Assembly (NCBI GenBank): GCA_015068445.1 | Contig: SVKN01000003.1 | Coordinates: 3,088-67,087 of the forward strand | Length of the DNA: 64,000 bases | Direction: 5' to 3' | Origin: Oscillospiraceae bacterium | Lineage (GTDB): Bacteria > Bacillota > Clostridia > Oscillospirales > Butyricicoccaceae | Made by a program: the position numbers and the translations under genes | Shown: positions 26,193-35,550 of the stretch, in pieces | How positions within the stretch are numbered: the stretch's first letter is position 1 | Layout: each line of letters begins with the position of its first letter | Notes under the pieces: model-generated | What the model was told of the DNA's origin: nothing | Seen by the model: only the letters and a program-made list of their open reading frames with translations | Database searches by the model: none

Positions 26193-27931
26193 TCCTGCAG
26201 GCTCTGACGAGCTATTATGAATCGCTGGCTGAAAAGGGTCAGATCGCGCGGCCGGGATGGTCAAGCGCCCGAATCGCGTGGGCAATCATGCTGGATCGCG
26301 ACGGAGTGCTCCGCCGCATCGCTCCGCTGCAGACACAGGCAGAGGGGCGCAAACCACAGGCCATGTCCTTTGTTCTGCCTGCTCCCGTCAAGCGTACGGT
26401 CGCCATCGATCCAAACTTCCTGTGGGATAACGCCTCTTATCTGCTGGGGATCGACAGCAAGGGCAAACCGGAGCGCAGCCGCCGCTGCTTTGAGGCAGCC
26501 GCCGCACTGCATCACAAGCTGCTGGACGATCTGGACAGCGCCGCTGCCCGCGCCATATGCCGCTTCTTCGACAGCTGGGAGCCCGCGGAAGCATCGGCTC
26601 ATCCCGCGCTGAACGGTATTCTGGATCAGGTCACCGCAGGAGGCAATCTCCTGTTCATGGCAGACGGCAGCTACGCTCACGACGATCCTCAGATCAAACG
26701 CGCCTGGCAATCATTCTATGACGGCAGCGGCTTCGGTGAGATCGCTCAATGCCTCGTCACCGGCAAGGCAGAGCTGGTCGCGCCCGTCCATCCGGCGATC
26801 AAAGGCGTGATGGGCGCGCAGTCAAGCGGGGCGGCGCTCGTCTCCTTCAACGCGCCGGCCTTCAACTCCTATGGCAAGGAGCAGGGCTACAACGCCCCTA
26901 TCGGCAAGTCCGCCGCCTTTGCCTACACGGCGGCGCTCAATCACCTTCTGTCCGAAAAGAACAGCCATAAACAAATCGGCGACACTACGATCGTCTATTG
27001 GGCAGAGGGCGGCGAGACGCAGTATCAGGGCTTCTCAGCAGCCGCTATGTTTGAGGATGCGCCGCCGGAGGGCATGGACGAGGACGCGTTCCGATCGGCT
27101 GTCGCCAAGCTGGCCAAGGGCCTGCCTTGCCCGGAGCAGGGGCTTGATCCCGACAGGACCTTTTATATCCTCGGCCTCACTCCCAATGCAGCGCGCCTTT
27201 CCGTTCGCTTCTTTTACCGCGATTCCTTCGGGCGGCTGATGAAAAATGTCAACGACCATCACGAACGTATGGCGATCGTTCGGCCGTCCTATGACCCGCA
27301 TCCGACGATCCCTCTCTGGGCGCTACTGCGCGAAACTGTCAACCAGAACGCTCGGACAAAGACACCGAGTCCGGTCATGGCAGGCGCCGTGGCCCGTGCG
27401 GTCTTCTCCGGCGGGCTCTATCCCGCGTCACTGCTGCAGGCCGTAATGCTGCGCATCCGCGCCGAGCACGAGGTCACCCGCGGCCGTGCCGCGATCATCA
27501 AGGCGTATTATTTGAGGCTGTATGCGAATATGCCCGAATCCACGCTTTTGGAGGTAATGCAAATGCAACTCAACGAATCCTGTACGTATCTACCCTATGT
27601 GTTAGGTCGGCTTTTTGCGATCATGGAAAAGATTCAAATCGAATCTGTCAATGGTCCTCTAAATCGAACAATTAAGGATAGTCTCTTTAATGCCGCAGCA
27701 ACAACACCCAATTCGGCCTTTGCAAGGCTTTTCCCACTGAATGAGTATCATTTGAAAAAACTGTTGCGCGACAAAAAAGGACTTGGCATCATTTACGATA
27801 ACATGAAAAGCCACATTGCAGCTATGATCAACTCCCCCATTCCTTCGCGCTTTTCCAATGAAGAAACGAATTGCTTCTATATTGGATACTATCATCAAAG
27901 ACATCAGCTTTATGAAAAGAAAGAGGGTTAA
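26189..27931 (+). CDS. cas8c: Cas8c (Csd1) large subunit, type I-C
   Basis: MILQALTSYYESLAEKGQIARPGW is a typical Csd1 N-terminus. ATGA overlap with the cas5 stop; the tracked ORF start at 26069 is an upstream artefact. Confidence 0.9.
   Translation: MILQALTSYYESLAEKGQIARPGWSSARIAWAIMLDRDGVLRRIAPLQTQAEGRKPQAMSFVLPAPVKRTVAIDPNFLWDNASYLLGIDSKGKPERSRRCFEAAAALHHKLLDDLDSAAARAICRFFDSWEPAEASAHPALNGILDQVTAGGNLLFMADGSYAHDDPQIKRAWQSFYDGSGFGEIAQCLVTGKAELVAPVHPAIKGVMGAQSSGAALVSFNAPAFNSYGKEQGYNAPIGKSAAFAYTAALNHLLSEKNSHKQIGDTTIVYWAEGGETQYQGFSAAAMFEDAPPEGMDEDAFRSAVAKLAKGLPCPEQGLDPDRTFYILGLTPNAARLSVRFFYRDSFGRLMKNVNDHHERMAIVRPSYDPHPTIPLWALLRETVNQNARTKTPSPVMAGAVARAVFSGGLYPASLLQAVMLRIRAEHEVTRGRAAIIKAYYLRLYANMPESTLLEVMQMQLNESCTYLPYVLGRLFAIMEKIQIESVNGPLNRTIKDSLFNAAATTPNSAFARLFPLNEYHLKKLLRDKKGLGIIYDNMKSHIAAMINSPIPSRFSNEETNCFYIGYYHQRHQLYEKKEG
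27563..27931 (+). CDS. cas11: putative Cas11c small subunit from an internal start within cas8c (122 aa)
   Basis: In-frame GGAGG-TAATGCA-ATG at 27551-27565. The location and size match the internally translated small subunit reported for type I-C cas8c. Confidence 0.5.
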   Translation: MQLNESCTYLPYVLGRLFAIMEKIQIESVNGPLNRTIKDSLFNAAATTPNSAFARLFPLNEYHLKKLLRDKKGLGIIYDNMKSHIAAMINSPIPSRFSNEETNCFYIGYYHQRHQLYEKKEG

Positions 27932-27934
27932 ATC

Positions 27935-28822
27935 ATGGAGACCATCAAAAACCGCTATGAGTTCGTGATCCTGTTCGACGTTGAAAACGGCAATCCCAAC
28001 GGCGACCCCGACGCCGGCAACATGCCCCGGATCGATCCCGAGACCGGTTACGGCCTCGTGACAGACGTCTGTCTCAAGCGCAAGATCCGTAATTATGTCG
28101 AGACCGTCAAAGAAGATGCGCCCGGTTACCGCATCTACGTCAAGGACGGCGTTCCCCTCAATCGCAGCGACAAGGAAGCCTGCGACGCCATCGGCGTCAA
28201 GGCGGACAAGCTGAAAGAGGAGAAAAAGAAAGACGATCAGCTGGATGCCAAACTGCGCGACTACATGTGCCTGAACTTCTTCGATATCCGCACCTTCGGC
28301 GCGGTGATGACCACCTTTGTCAAGGGCGCGCTCAACTGTGGGCAGGTCCGCGGTCCCGTCCAGCTCGGTTTTGCCCGCAGCATCGACCCCATCATGCCCC
28401 AGGAGGTCACGATCACCCGCCTGGCCATCACAACGGAGGAGGACGCCGAAAAGAAAGGCACCGAGATGGGGCGCAAATATATCGTACCTTATGGTCTCTA
28501 CCGCTGTGAGGGCTATGTCTCGGCCAATTTGGCCCGCAAGACGACCGGCTTCTCCGAAGAGGACCTCGAGCTGCTGTGGCAGGCCATCATCAATATGTTT
28601 GAATACGATCATTCCGCCGCCCGCGGCAAAATGTCCGTGCGTGAGCTGATCGTGTTCAAGCACGATACCGAGCTTGGCTGTGCTCCCGCATACAAGCTGT
28701 TTGACGCCGTCCATGTCGAGAAGAACGGGGACGTCGTTTATCCCCGCGCATATACCGATTATAAAGTGACCGTGGACTCAGCGTCTCTCCCCGCAGGGGT
28801 CACCTGCCAGCGGAAGATATGA
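27935..28822 (+). CDS. cas7: Cas7c (Csd2) backbone subunit, type I-C
   Basis: YEFVILFDVENGNPNGDPDAGNMPRIDPETGYGLVTDVCLKRKIRNY is the Csd2 signature. Confidence 0.95.
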   Translation: METIKNRYEFVILFDVENGNPNGDPDAGNMPRIDPETGYGLVTDVCLKRKIRNYVETVKEDAPGYRIYVKDGVPLNRSDKEACDAIGVKADKLKEEKKKDDQLDAKLRDYMCLNFFDIRTFGAVMTTFVKGALNCGQVRGPVQLGFARSIDPIMPQEVTITRLAITTEEDAEKKGTEMGRKYIVPYGLYRCEGYVSANLARKTTGFSEEDLELLWQAIINMFEYDHSAARGKMSVRELIVFKHDTELGCAPAYKLFDAVHVEKNGDVVYPRAYTDYKVTVDSASLPAGVTCQRKI

Positions 28823-29484
28823 TCTATCGGGAGGAGGACTACCTCCAGCTGTCCGGGCTGCAGCATTTTGCGTTTTGTCGGCGGCAGTGGGCTTTGATCC
28901 ATGTGGAGGGGCTCTGGGCAGAGAATCTGCGCACGACGGAGGGGGCGCTGCTGCATGAGCGGGCCCATGACCGTTCCCAGCGGGAGCGGCGCGGTGATCT
29001 GCTTACGATCCGCGGCGCAGCTGTCAGCTCTCCCTCGCTCGGCATTTCCGGCCAATGCGATGTGCTGGAGTACCGAGGCGACCCGAACGGCGTGACGCTT
29101 ACCGGGCTGGATGGTCTGTGGGTCCCCTACCCCGTCGAATACAAGCGTGGCTCCTCCAAGGAGGGCCCCGCCGACCGTCTGCAGCTGTGCGCCCAGGCGA
29201 TGTGTTTGGAGGAGATGCACTGCTGCGCCGTCCCCGAGGGCGCGCTGTTCTACGGCGAGACCCGCCGGCGGGAGATCGTCCGCTTCACAGATGAGCTTCG
29301 CGCCCAGGTCAGCAGCATGCTCAGCGAAATGCACGTGCTTTACGAGCGCGGTCACACGCCGAGAGTCAAGCCGACGGCCTCCTGCCGCGCCTGTTCCCTG
29401 AAGGAGCTGTGCCTGCCGAAGCTGATGCGCATCGTCTCGGCCAGCGCCTATATCGCGGCCGCAAGCCGGGAGGAGGAACCATGA
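28819..29484 (+). CDS. cas4: Cas4 RecB-like exonuclease
   Basis: N-terminal FAFCRRQW plus C-terminal CRACSLKELC four-Cys cluster. RecB motifs (EYKRG, QLCAQAMCLEE). ATGA overlap on both sides. Confidence 0.9.
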   Translation: MIYREEDYLQLSGLQHFAFCRRQWALIHVEGLWAENLRTTEGALLHERAHDRSQRERRGDLLTIRGAAVSSPSLGISGQCDVLEYRGDPNGVTLTGLDGLWVPYPVEYKRGSSKEGPADRLQLCAQAMCLEEMHCCAVPEGALFYGETRRREIVRFTDELRAQVSSMLSEMHVLYERGHTPRVKPTASCRACSLKELCLPKLMRIVSASAYIAAASREEEP

Positions 29485-30512
29485 GACATCTGCTCAACAC
29501 CCTGTTCGTCACCTCCGAGGACGTCTATCTCTCGCTGGACGGCGAAAACGTCGTGGCCAACCGCGATAAACAGGTCGCGGCGCGGTACCCGCTCCACACA
29601 CTGCAAGCCATCGTCACCTTCTCCTACGCGGGCGCATCCCCTGCCCTCATGGGCGCCTGCGCCCGGCGTGACGTCACGCTGGCCTTCTGCACGCCCTCCG
29701 GCCGTTTTCTGGCGCGGACATCCGGGCTCGAGGGCGGCAACGTGCTGCTGCGCCGCACCCAATACCGTATCGCCGACGATCCACCGCAGAGCTGCCGTAT
29801 CGCCCGGAGCATGGTCTTCGGCAAGCTCTACAACGCGCGCTGGAGCATGGAGCGCACAGCCCGCGACCACGCGCCCAGGATCGACAGTGACGTCTTCCGC
29901 GGCAGCATCGATGTGATCAAGGGTCTCCTGCCGCAGGTCGCCGAGGAAACGGACGAGGATTCGCTTCGCGGGCTGGAGGGCGTCGGCGCCAAGGCGTACT
30001 TTGACGCCTTTGACCAGATGATCCTGCGGGACAAGGAGCATTTCTTCTTTCGTGGGCGAAATCGAAGGCCGCCGCTGGACAACGTCAACGCGATGCTCTC
30101 CTTCGCCTATTCGCTGCTGACGAACGACTGCGCCTCCGCGTTGGAAAGCGTCGGGCTCGACTCCTATGTAGGGTTCCTCCACACCGACCGCCCGGGGCGG
30201 CAGTCTCTTGCGCTCGACCTGATGGAGGAGCTGCGGCCGTGCTTTGCCGATCGCTTCGTCCTGACGCTGATCAATAACCGTGTTTTGTCGTCAGACGATT
30301 TCCTGCAGGAGGAAAGCGGCGGCGTACGGCTGACGGACGACGGCCGCAGGACTTTTATCAAAACCTGGCAGGAGCGGAAGCAGGATGTCATCACGCATCC
30401 GTTCCTGCAGGAAAAGCTGCCCTGGGGCCTTGTGCCCTATGTCCAGGCGCTGCTGCTGGCGCGCTATATGCGAGGAGATCTGGATGCATATCCGCCGTTT
30501 TTGTGGAAGTGA
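29481..30512 (+). CDS. cas1: Cas1 integrase, type I-C
   Basis: MRHLLNTLFVTSEDVYLSLDGENV...GVGAKAYF...NAMLSFAYSLL...GFLHTDRPGRQSLALDLMEELRP matches Cas1c. SD GGAGGAACC precedes the ATG. Confidence 0.95.
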   Translation: MRHLLNTLFVTSEDVYLSLDGENVVANRDKQVAARYPLHTLQAIVTFSYAGASPALMGACARRDVTLAFCTPSGRFLARTSGLEGGNVLLRRTQYRIADDPPQSCRIARSMVFGKLYNARWSMERTARDHAPRIDSDVFRGSIDVIKGLLPQVAEETDEDSLRGLEGVGAKAYFDAFDQMILRDKEHFFFRGRNRRPPLDNVNAMLSFAYSLLTNDCASALESVGLDSYVGFLHTDRPGRQSLALDLMEELRPCFADRFVLTLINNRVLSSDDFLQEESGGVRLTDDGRRTFIKTWQERKQDVITHPFLQEKLPWGLVPYVQALLLARYMRGDLDAYPPFLWK

Positions 30513-30520
30513 GGTGCAGG

Positions 30521-30811
30521 ATGCTCGTTTTGATCACCTATGACGTCAATACGGAGACGCCCGCCGGGCGAAAGCGTCTGCGCCAGATCGCCAAGCAGTG
30601 CGTCAACTACGGTCAGCGTGTGCAGAACTCCGTTTTCGAATGCCTTCTGGATCCGTCTCAGTGCAAGACGCTCCAGCATAAGCTGGTCAGCATCATGGAT
30701 GAATCGACTGACAGCCTGCGGTTTTATTATCTCGGAGATCGCTATCAGTCAAAGATCGAGCATTTCGGGGCAAAAAAGAGTTACGAGCCCGAAGGCGTGC
30801 TGATGATCTGA
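30521..30811 (+). CDS. cas2: Cas2 endoribonuclease
   Basis: MLVLITYDVNTETPAGRKRLRQIAKQCVNYGQRVQNSVFEC, 96 aa. Confidence 0.95.
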   Translation: MLVLITYDVNTETPAGRKRLRQIAKQCVNYGQRVQNSVFECLLDPSQCKTLQHKLVSIMDESTDSLRFYYLGDRYQSKIEHFGAKKSYEPEGVLMI

Positions 30812-30981
30812 CGCGAAGTGCAAGCGATCATCCCTGACCGCGGCGGTTCGCACCGTGAAATATCACAACGAGTCCGCGCAGTGTCCGGAAATGTGACCCC
30901 GGGTGTCGGGCGTTCCGGTGTGTTTTGGAATTATTGTTTTGTTTTTTGTCAAAAGCGGGCGAAGAATTGTCTGCTTTTGCT
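30812..30981 (+). promoter_or_regulatory. CRISPR leader
   Basis: A 170-bp non-coding stretch between cas2 and repeat 1 becomes AT-rich (TTGGAATTATTGTTTTGTTTTTTGTCAAAAG) next to the array. The degenerate repeat is at the opposite end of the array. Confidence 0.6.
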
Positions 30982-32093
30982 GTCCCGCTCCCCACGGAGC
31001 GGGTGGATTGAAATTACCCCTTATCATAATATCTTGTTGCTTATCCGCGTCCCGCTCCCCACGGAGCGGGTGGATTGAAATCAGACACGTTTCACACCCC
31101 CAGATGGACGGTCAACGTCCCGCTCCCCACGGAGCGGGTGGATTGAAATTTTAATCGGTCAGTCGCGCGGCTCGCGCGGACTATGTCCCGCTCCCCACGG
31201 AGCGGGTGGATTGAAATTTCCCGTTATACAGCGTTCCGTAAGTTCGCATGGAGTCCCGCTCCCCACGGAGCGGGTGGATTGAAATAACCACAGCGGGAGT
31301 CAGCGTCAGGAAGGTTCCGGTCCCGCTCCCCACGGAGCGGGTGGATTGAAATATTTTGAAGCAGAGACACTTTCGGATCTGCTTGGTCCCGCTCCCCACG
31401 GAGCGGGTGGATTGAAATTCTTCAGAATGACCAGTATTTCCGCATAGTGGGTTGTCCCGCTCCCCACGGAGCGGGTGGATTGAAATTTCTCAGCGGATGA
31501 GCGACGAAGACGACACTATCCGTCCCGCTCCCCACGGAGCGGGTGGATTGAAATGTCCTCCGTCCAATACGCATGGCCCGTTGTGGTGTCCCGCTCCCCA
31601 CGGAGCGGGTGGATTGAAATGGCAAGCGAAGCGCGCCAGTAGCGTATCACTAAACGTCCCGCTCCCCACGGAGCGGGTGGATTGAAATCAACATCCTCAC
31701 CCTTGAAAGCTTTGAAAACAAAAGTCCCGCTCCCCACGGAGCGGGTGGATTGAAATGCTGATGAGTGTAATCATGAGGCTGAATTGATTGAGTCCCGCTC
31801 CCCACGGAGCGGGTGGATTGAAATGATGCGGGAGCGAGCGGCACGGACTCCCAGCCTGGTCCCGCTCCCCACGGAGCGGGTGGATTGAAATTGATGTATG
31901 AGCTCTATATGCAGCTGATCAAAGCGTCCCGCTCCCCACGGAGCGGGTGGATTGAAATTCCAGGACCTTGTACTCCTTGAGCCCGGCGGGCGGGTCCCGC
32001 TCCCCACGGAGCGGGTGGATTGAAATGCACCTGGGTTATCGTTGCCGTAGCCTTCGAGTGTTCCGCTTCCGCGCGAAGCGGGACACTCGAAGG
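30982..32093 (+). CRISPR. type I-C CRISPR array: 16 identical 33-nt repeats plus 1 degenerate terminal repeat, 16 spacers of 33-35 nt
   Basis: The repeat GTCCCGCTCCCCACGGAGCGGGTGGATTGAAAT starts at 30982, 31049, 31117, 31185, 31253, 31320, 31386, 31454, 31522, 31588, 31656, 31724, 31792, 31859, 31926 and 31994. The degenerate copy is at 32060-32093. The ...GGATTGAAAT 3' end is typical of I-C repeats and reads in the same direction as the cas genes. Confidence 0.97.
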
Positions 32094-32276
32094 TTGTGCT
32101 GTCTGCCGGTTTATCACAGCAAGTACGGTCCCCCGTTTATTCAACAGCCGTCGGAGGGCCCGGAATTTGGTGTGGGACACAACACGGGCAACGAAAGCAT
32201 CTGCATCTCTGTGCTGTGATTGTCAGTCATGAAATGGTGAGCCGCACCGGACGCGCTTGCATCTTTAACGAGAATC

Positions 32277-35200
32277 ATGCCGCAGGAGGCAGTGCGGGAC
32301 ATCGAGTGGCAGCAGTACGCCTATGCCAAGGCCGGCGTGGACGAGAAGCTCGAGAGCGCGGCGGAGGAGGCTGCGGCCAACTACGTGGCCGACCTGCTGG
32401 AAGGCGGCCAGGTGCTGGACGAGTTTATCGCACGGCAGACGAGCGCCGGCAACAGGAACCTGCTGCAGAAGATCGGGGACGCGATCCGCAATGTGTACCG
32501 CGACGTCAAGGCGTACCTGTCCGGCGACGAGGCGAGGGCGATCCGCCAGAGCATCAGAAAGCTGGAGGCGGCGCTGGACGCGGCGGCGGAGCAGGCGAAG
32601 GAGAATGCGAAGAACGGCGTGACCGCGGAGGCGCGGGAGGCAAATAAAAACGCCGCACAGGGCGGCGTGAAATACAGCACTAAGCAGGAAGTTCTGGCGC
32701 TACCTGGTGTTGACTAATTCAAGCATCAAGGAGCAGCTCAGAACGCATGCAGGGGAAATCAATCAGATGGAGCCTGTTGCTGTTGTAGTGTACAATCACA
32801 ATCTTCGTGAGGATCTTGTTGACATCATGATGAGCCAGCTTCCCAAAATGGGCGGTGGATATATCAGAAACAGTGGTGTTGACTTTGTTTTTGATCTTCC
32901 GGGAGCAAAACGGATAAATGGACATGCAACAGGGGCGGAGATGAGAGCGGCTGCTATGGCTGCGCCATATGTCGCCAAGTATGGCAAACTAATTGCTGGG
33001 CAAAAAAACCACGAGAATACCGGATTGACGACACTAACCTTTGCTGCGCCCGTTATTATCAATGAGCAGCCAGTTAATGTAGGGGTGGTCATTCAGTTCC
33101 AAAACAATGGCAGCCCAAGAGCTGTGAATGTTGGGCTTCAGGGCGGAGAAAAATTTGTCATAGATACAAAAAAAGCACTCCGAGGAACCGATAGCCGTGT
33201 TGACCGTTTTGGTCAAGGGACGTCGCTACCCACAAGGAATGCTTCTAAAGACAATGTACCACATCCCGACGAGTCTGTCAAGAGCGAGGGGAAGTTCTCG
33301 CTCCAAATGCCGGTGGAGGAGACGAAGGACCTGCTGGCGCTGCACAATCTGACGGCGGACAAGCTGTCTAAGGCGCTGGCGCTGGGAGGGTTCCCGATGC
33401 CGAGCATCGCGGTGACGAGGGACAGCATCCCGCACACCAACTTCGGCGACATTACCCTCGTAATGAACAAATCCACGGTCGATCCGAAGGCCGACAGGCG
33501 AAATACGGTATACTCCGCCGACGCCTGGACGCCGACGTTCCCGAGTATCGAGTATGAAGCAGACCCGAAGGCGTAGAGCCGTCTGCGCAGCAGGTACTAC
33601 GAGATGCGCAACAAGTTCGGCGATGAAGCGACGCGCCCGCTGTATCCGTGGGGCAACTATGCCGAGGATCAGCTGAACCGCAGCGGCGGCGTGGATGGGG
33701 TGATCGAAAGAGCCATGGACGACACGGACATGATGAAGCTGTTCCTGATGGACCGTGGGCTCGACGTGCCCGGGCCGGTGACGGAGGAGAGCGTGACGCG
33801 GATCGATGACGGGACGCGCCAGTTCTACGATCACTTCATCAATGCCCTTGGCAAAGACGTCTTTGCGGAGCTTTCAACGGCAGACGGGAAGAACCCGGTC
33901 GAGGTGCGGCGCGAATGGTGGGGCAAGCACGGCGAGGCGTTTGAAACGGCCTATAAGGATTACATGACGAAGCTGGGTTTCTCCGAGGAGGAGATCGGCA
34001 ACGTCCTGGAGCACGAGACGGTGGCCGCACAGACGCGCAAGGCGCTGGAGATGCGCAACTACATCAGAAACGGCCCGGAGACGCGGAAGACGACCACCAA
34101 CATCACCAAGACCCAGGACGCGATCAGGGCGGCGGTCGATCAGGCGGCGTACAGCGAATGGCTGCACGAGCTTTTTGACGGACTGGAAAAGAGGCAAGGG
34201 ATCTACAACGGTCGGGATCGGTATACGTCCAGTGGCAACCAGCGCAGCTTCAAGGCGACGCATTATGAGGTGACGCTGGAGAATATCGCAAAGGCGATGG
34301 CAGCGGAGAACAACGGCAACAGCCGCAACGTGTCGGGATTCCACGGTGTAAAGAGTCTGCGCGCCGGCATGGCCGAGCGCTTTTCGAGCATCGCGCAGAT
34401 GCACGAGCGGGAAGGCCGGCTGCAGCATTTGACGCAGAAGCAGGCCGACCAGATCAGCGACGCGCTGGCCGAGCGGCTTAACGATATCCTGGTCCGCATT
34501 TACGACAGCGGTGCGCACGGGAGCAGCGATAATTCATTCATCGAAATGGACAACATCGGCGAGACGCTGATGGAGGTCACGGAGCAGAGGAGCATCACGC
34601 CGGAGACGATCAAGCGCGTGTTTAAGAAGTATCGGTATAATCTGGACAATGCGCTGGCCGAGGACGTGCGGGAGCTGCTGTTCGACGTGTCGCAGATGCC
34701 GGTGAACATCTTTGAAGCGAAGCCGGAGAGGGCCGTGCGATTTGACGAGGTCCTTGCGGCGATCGTTCCGACAGGGACGGACCCGAAACTGATCCAGCAG
34801 CTGCGCGACGCAGGCGTCCAGAACATCACCGAGTACGAAAAGGACAACGACGCGGAGCGCGTGGAGAAGGTCAACCAGGTCGAGGGCGCGAAGTTCAGCC
34901 TGAAAGCCTTTGAAGACGGCCGGAGATTTGTTGACGTTGAAACGGATCAGAAGCAGTTTGACGGACTGACGCCGCGGGAAATGGGCACGCTTGCGACCAA
35001 AATCATCAAGGATAAGTTTGCGGGGAAGGTCGTCGGCATAGATAACCGCGTGTTTGTCAACGGACGGGCAGCGGGAGAATACGGATTTCCGATGAAAAAG
35101 CTGGACGCTGATCTGCACGAGGCCAAAATGCGGGCGGCGCCAGAACTGGATAATTTGCTCGACGCAGGGACTAATTTCAGAACGGAACCTGACGGCAGAG

Positions 35201-35550
35201 ACGGTCATAAGCATACCCAGATGGTCGGGGATTTCAGGTATTTCGATACTGTTTTCAAGGTTGGGAACGAGTATTATTCGGGTGTAGTTAATGTCATGCC
35301 TGTCAAGAAGGGGCTGCTGCTCAAGGACGTGACGCAAATAAAAAACATCACACAGGACATCAGTAGCTCATACGGGGAAAACCCGAAGTCTACATTCCTG
35401 CGTGATGCTTCTATGGCTACTGTACCACAGGGCGATGGAAATGTCAACTACTCCCTCAAGGGTACGGACGTCACCGGGAAGCCGAAAAGCTCGTATGGCT
35501 TTATCTTCTGCGTCAACTTGAAAGGCAGCGGAGAACGGATTCGCATATAA
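32277..35550 (+). pseudogene. decayed fragment of a mobile-element large polyvalent-protein-like gene
   Basis: Three consecutive ORF pieces: 32277-32717, 32707-33576 and 33577/33604-35550. Piece 1 to piece 2 needs a frameshift. Pieces 2 and 3 share a frame and are split only by TAG at 33574-33576. There is no SD at 32277 and both ends are abrupt. The family assignment rests on memory of similar modular proteins, not on a search. Confidence 0.5.

Noticed and set aside
30818-32219. Tracked ORFs running through the CRISPR leader and array, on both strands (30818-31078, 30903-31154, 31181-31399 and others).
   Set aside because: They are translations of the 33-nt repeat (recurrent PRSGWIEI / STRSVGSGT strings) and have no coding meaning.
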